A stretch of 64,000 nt of DNA, taken from positions 14,570,001-14,634,000 of the forward strand of contig NC_135767.1 in NCBI RefSeq assembly GCF_052425735.1, written 5' to 3'. Source of the DNA: Oculina patagonica. Taxonomy: Eukaryota. Under the pieces are notes generated by a model. The model saw nothing but the letters and a program-made list of their open reading frames with translations, searched no databases and was not told the origin of the DNA. This document shows, one piece after another, positions 59,526 to 64,000 of this stretch (positions are counted from its first letter, which is position 1; each line of letters begins with the position of its first letter). A program made the translations under genes and the position numbers.

Positions 59526-61744
59526 TTATTGACCACTTAAGATCCAATTTAAATGTTTACATCACTTCTTTGAATATGTGCCACCACAAGCTAGAATTAA
59601 AAATCAAAAATGCCGAATTTACAAATCATTGATTGATCAGTAACGGCAGCTTGATTTGGCCAAACAAAATGGAGAAAAAAAGTGTTACAAGATCCAAAGT
59701 ATAAAGCAGAATTACAATGCAAAGACGTGAACATTTCCGTTGTATCTATTTAAGCACAACTTTTCCCGGGCGTTATTAATATAATACATATCACCAAGTA
59801 AAGGTCAAGAGTAATGTAATGATCACTAATTGAGAGCATTTGCTTTTAACTTTCAACGAAGTTTCCCTACAAACGGCAACAAAATTAAATAAAGAACAAA
59901 CAGGAGTTGAATGTTTCCATTGAGACTTTAAGGATGCGAAAAGGCTAATAAATCCAGGCAATGCTTTAACTTAAAGAAATTGCTATGCTCTAAGAATCTG
60001 GAAAAAGACTGCGAAAACGCTCAGCTTAGCATTGATGAGGCGCGACAGAAGTGTGGCCTTTTAGCTTTAAAGAGGCTGATGACGAAGTCTCAATCTGCAG
60101 CGTTGAAAAGAGGACCGAAACAAATTAGAAAAAAAAAAAACGTCGAAGAGCGACGACGAGCGTAGATGACAAAGTGCTGCTGGCCAGGAACAGTAAAAGG
60201 ATTCAACTGAACACTGAAAATGTAACTTTTTGGTGTTTGAATGTTTCGAATGAGTAGGTAACAGAACGAAATGCACTGCTTCAGAATTCTGAGAAAGCAA
60301 ACGTCGAGGCAAGAGTTCAGGAATGCAATTCTCGTGTTTTCAATTTAAGCAACTGCTCAGTGGTATTAAAAATGTAACAACAGTCTAGGTAAAATAAATG
60401 TAACGCAATCAAAGTATAGTTTTGTTTGTCAGTGCGATGCGATGCGTATGGGTGTACTGCAAGGTGAATATTACCTTAATATTCCCCTAGGGGATTATCA
60501 ACTCTAATATTCCCCTAGGGGAATATTAAAATATCAGCCTCGTTCTCCCCTGTTACAATCAATGCCGCTCCCAGCTTTTCAGACAGTTGCTAATTAGCGG
60601 GGTTTAGTCAATATAATCAACCTGGAAGAACAAAAGAAGACGAGCCATGTGAAAAATAATTTTATATAGCCTCGTGTTTATGTTGCCACACAAAAATTAT
60701 TCTAATGTATCGTACTTTTTGCATTTTTGGCGTATTTCGCCAGAATTCAATTAAGCGATTTTGTTTCGGTGAGAAAAACGTAACAGATTTCAGTGCTTGA
60801 GACAAACTGAATCATGCTAAATAAGCCAAATAACCAAAAAGCCAAATAATTGTTTCTTCTACATATACAAAATTCACTGCATTAAATTTTGCGACACAAA
60901 ATTGAACTAATACACGTTACACGCAATATAACATTCTTATTATTATTTTTTTTTTTTTTGCTTACCTTGCAAAATAGGACAAATTTTGTTATATTCGGAA
61001 ATTACTGAAGCAATTAATTTTCTGGCGAAAACTAAATACCGCAATAAATAATTGCCTGAACGTAAAACTCCTGTGAACATCACGTTACTTCTTATGTTAC
61101 CTCGGGTAGTTCCGAGTGTTCTTTTTTTGCAGGAAATGGTGGTTGCAATGATGTACGTCCCCACAAATGGAATGACGGCCTTAAATTTGTACTTTAGTAA
61201 TTGAGTAAAGGCGGGTATTCTTAAGGCAAAGGTTAACATGTAACCATCACCAATCATAAGAAATAATATGAGAAGAGGATAAATAAAGGCTGATAATTAA
61301 AACAGTTTCTCATTTATCAAAACAGCCCTCATTTGGTGTCCAGTTAAGTTGCTGAAGAAAACAAGCTCTGGGAAACTCAAGTGTTCCAAATTTGCTTAGT
61401 TATTCCATAAAGCCATACAGTTTAAAGGGGTTAGGTCACGGTATTTTAGGTAATTCTAAATAGTTTCGTTAATTAAGAGCTCTAAAGTTCAAATTGGCAG
61501 AGCAAAAGTCTTTTATTGGCAAGATCACTGCCACATAACAAACAATGATGATTTCCGAGCATTGTACTGAAATGAAACTTTCATACAAATTGAGACAAAC
61601 TTGAAAAAGGTCGGGTCGACGTTTTTCAAGTTTACCCGAACGCAATCAAAATACCCGACCGTCTTCCCCCAGCTCCAATTCTAAAAACCCTCAGTTTTTA
61701 AAGATCCTACAAGTGCTCCCTTCTATAGTTCTAAAACTGAAAAG

Positions 61745-62911
61745 CTAGGCGCCATTTTTTATTTCCCAGTCTTCAAAACGCCTTCGATTGCATGGTATAG
61801 GTTTAAGACCACCCTTGTGTTCTCGCCCTTGTGAAAGTGCCACACAGATTTGGCAATACATTGGATACTTTGGCATCCAGAAGTCTCCAATAGTAGTTCC
61901 ACTAATATTTCCATACCCTTTCCACTTCCATTCTAGATATTTGTTATACTCATTCTCATTATTACTGAGATATTTCAGGTAATCGGCAAGAAGTTGTGGA
62001 GTCTTAAAATCACGTACTTTTATGACTGAGTGATTAAGATATGGACCAGGCAGGAACTCATCAAGTTTGCTTGTAGCCATCACTACAGGAACTGAGCCAG
62101 CGTCCCATGCATGGTGTAGTTGAGCATCAACAAAATAATCACAGTCTTGGTTAAAAAACACCAAGGTGAACTTGTATTGTCTGGCCAGAATAGATTTGAG
62201 ATCCCTGAAATCTTTACCATCATCTTTACCATACCTACGAACCAGTCCTTGTTTGTTCCGAAGACAGGCTCCGTAAGAATCAACCTGTACAAATTTCATC
62301 AACTGCCTCATGTATTCCGTCCGAACCTTCTCACAATTTGACAATGCTGCCATAATAAGCCCAGTTTTATTCTTAAAAGGAAGTGGTGGTGTTAAATTTG
62401 GCAACAAAACTGAAGGATCAGGGAAGTCTGAATCCAAGCGATAACTTTTTAATAAGTTGAACTTCGACATGAACGCAGCATCGTTTAATCTTGGTGTATA
62501 CACTGGATTTTCTCGTATTTGCAGAATCCATGGCTTAGATTCTATAGGAGGATATGGCCCTGGAGCCCTAGCATGGAAAACAAAGCCATCTGCCTCTTTT
62601 GCTCGGGATATATCACTGGTTAACTCGCATGGTACTGGGCATTCACCTTTTGCCCACTTTTCATGTAGATCTAGTCGTCTTCCAAGATATTTTGACCAGT
62701 AAACCACAAGCCAGGTCTTTTCTGTGTGGTTCTCTAGACTTTTGTGATGGCCAACATTTCCTCTCCGTGCTATGTGTACATTCTTTATGGCAGGTTTCTT
62801 AAATGAAACAAGTTCATTTGAAACGTAAATTAACTCAAGTTGCCATAATAACACCACCAGGAACATCACGCAAGCCGGTAGACATTTTAGCAAAAGCGAA
62901 GCGGCTCCCAT
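61745..62911 (-). CDS. Alpha-1,3-fucosyltransferase-like protein (GT10 family), type II membrane
   Basis: N-terminal TM; C.LTSD..ADGFVFH, RENP, SYRLDSD, SNC..R..Y..QL..VDSYGAC, YKF.L.F.N...DY, PVV, DF..P..LA.YL..L, Y..Y..W; upstream acceptor TTTAACAG near 62942. Confidence 0.9.
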   Translation of the reverse strand: MGAASLLLKCLPACVMFLVVLLWQLELIYVSNELVSFKKPAIKNVHIARRGNVGHHKSLENHTEKTWLVVYWSKYLGRRLDLHEKWAKGECPVPCELTSDISRAKEADGFVFHARAPGPYPPIESKPWILQIRENPVYTPRLNDAAFMSKFNLLKSYRLDSDFPDPSVLLPNLTPPLPFKNKTGLIMAALSNCEKVRTEYMRQLMKFVQVDSYGACLRNKQGLVRRYGKDDGKDFRDLKSILARQYKFTLVFFNQDCDYFVDAQLHHAWDAGSVPVVMATSKLDEFLPGPYLNHSVIKVRDFKTPQLLADYLKYLSNNENEYNKYLEWKWKGYGNISGTTIGDFWMPKYPMYCQICVALSQGREHKGGLKPIPCNRRRFEDWEIKNGA

Positions 62912-63029
62912 GGCTTCCTTCTCGGGAGTCTTCTGGTGTACCTGTTAAACAATTGCGAAGGCAGATAGTAAAAATATTTTAACAGTTTATTGAACCCTTT
63001 TATAAACTTCCAAGAGACACCAATACTGA

Positions 63030-63190
63030 TGGGCGCTCTAACCAACTGAGCTACTAGAGACTCGTTGTGAGCTGGGCCATTTTAAAAGGTTGATATGTGA
63101 CACGCGTCCTGCATACTGTTAGGATCAGCAATGTCGAAATCATCAAGTTTGTAGTAAATAATAAAGATGGTAAATTTTAAGCTCGGTAAT
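63030..63190 (-). mobile_element. tRNA-derived SINE-like repeat fragment
   Basis: Minus strand TAGCTCAGTTGGTTAGAGCGCCC (A box); B box absent. Confidence 0.5.
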
Positions 63191-63236
63191 AAAGCTCGGT
63201 AAAAAAATGATATGATTTTCGCATGATATCGTGAAC

Positions 63237-63310
63237 TATCAAAACCTCGTGTCTGTGTTATCTGCCTCAGCCTTCGGCTCAGGCAGATAACACAGACCTC
63301 GGTTTTGATA
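63237..63310. repeat. Long hairpin with a TTCG loop (end of an interspersed repeat)
   Basis: TATCAAAACC..GTCTGTGTTATCTGCCT.AGCC-TTCG-GCTCAGGCAGATAACACAGAC..GGTTTTGATA. Confidence 0.75.
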
Positions 63311-64000
63311 ATTCGCGATATCATGCTCAACCTCATCCAATAATTGCTAAATATCAGCTCCTTACAATCATAAATACAAACTACGTATTGGCCAAATATG
63401 GCAGATTGAAAAACAAACAATGTCATTTTCAGTAATATGGTAAAACGATTAGTTGAAAGCCGGTAAAATAGTCGGGTGATACTTTCGCAGCCTAGAAACC
63501 TAATTCACGTTTTCGTCAACGTGTGTACTATGATAAATTATCAGCACTGACTATGTGGGAAACGCTAGCAAGGCAGGGTAGCGGGATTCCCCACGAATCT
63601 CACAAAAAGGCAAACAATTCAGTGCAAGAAATGATACTCACAGGTTTACGTCGTTTATTGGCTTGAAGTCGCGGTCACTTTCACAATCACGGAATTCTCA
63701 GTTTAAAAAGGCGTAACTGGTCAAAGACTCAACTCAACTCAACAGGTCAACAGATCAACTAAATTCGAAAAACTAACTGTATTCCTCTTATACAAGCATT
63801 ACGTGCAGACGGGCTAATTATGAATTTCCGGCCTTGACACATTCTGACACATATCTTTATCGGTTCGTCCTACGAAACACTCATTGACATTACATAATCT
63901 GATACCCCACGTGGGATTCCTAAATAAAACATCCACTCAAGTAAAGTCACGCAATCACTATTTGATATCTACGGTATCATCCTGTTTATGGTATTATCCT

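Overview
Eukaryotic, AT-rich animal DNA; the gene and repeat families suggest an anthozoan cnidarian such as a stony coral (inference). Most of the window (~3-57 kb) is a tandem array of 12 compact, intronless-CDS class A (rhodopsin-like) GPCR copies: 8 open 7TM ORFs (two with clipped C-terminal tails), 1 with a stop before TM7, 1 split by a transposon and 2 half-gene fragments. They fall into three subfamilies, and each is preceded by a reiterated cis-regulatory module. A GT10 alpha-1,3-fucosyltransferase-like gene lies at the right end. Many mobile elements are inserted, and paralogous empty sites define several insertion boundaries. They include an inverted Penelope fragment with hammerhead motifs, a CRE-clade non-LTR retrotransposon in an (ATT)n tract, a Helentron/DINE-like element with tRNA-derived tandem repeats, a Crypton/DUF3504 relic, several MITEs and a 2031-bp tandem repeat. 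The most striking object is a 4.3-kb CAC...GTG DNA transposon (20036-24370). It encodes a frameshifted RAG1/Transib-like DDE transposase and an intact, convergently oriented 208-aa ORF of unknown function, and its ends are bipartite (terminal motif, unconserved spacer, internal motif), reminiscent of RSS/ProtoRAG ends. All family assignments come from motif recognition by eye; no database search was run.
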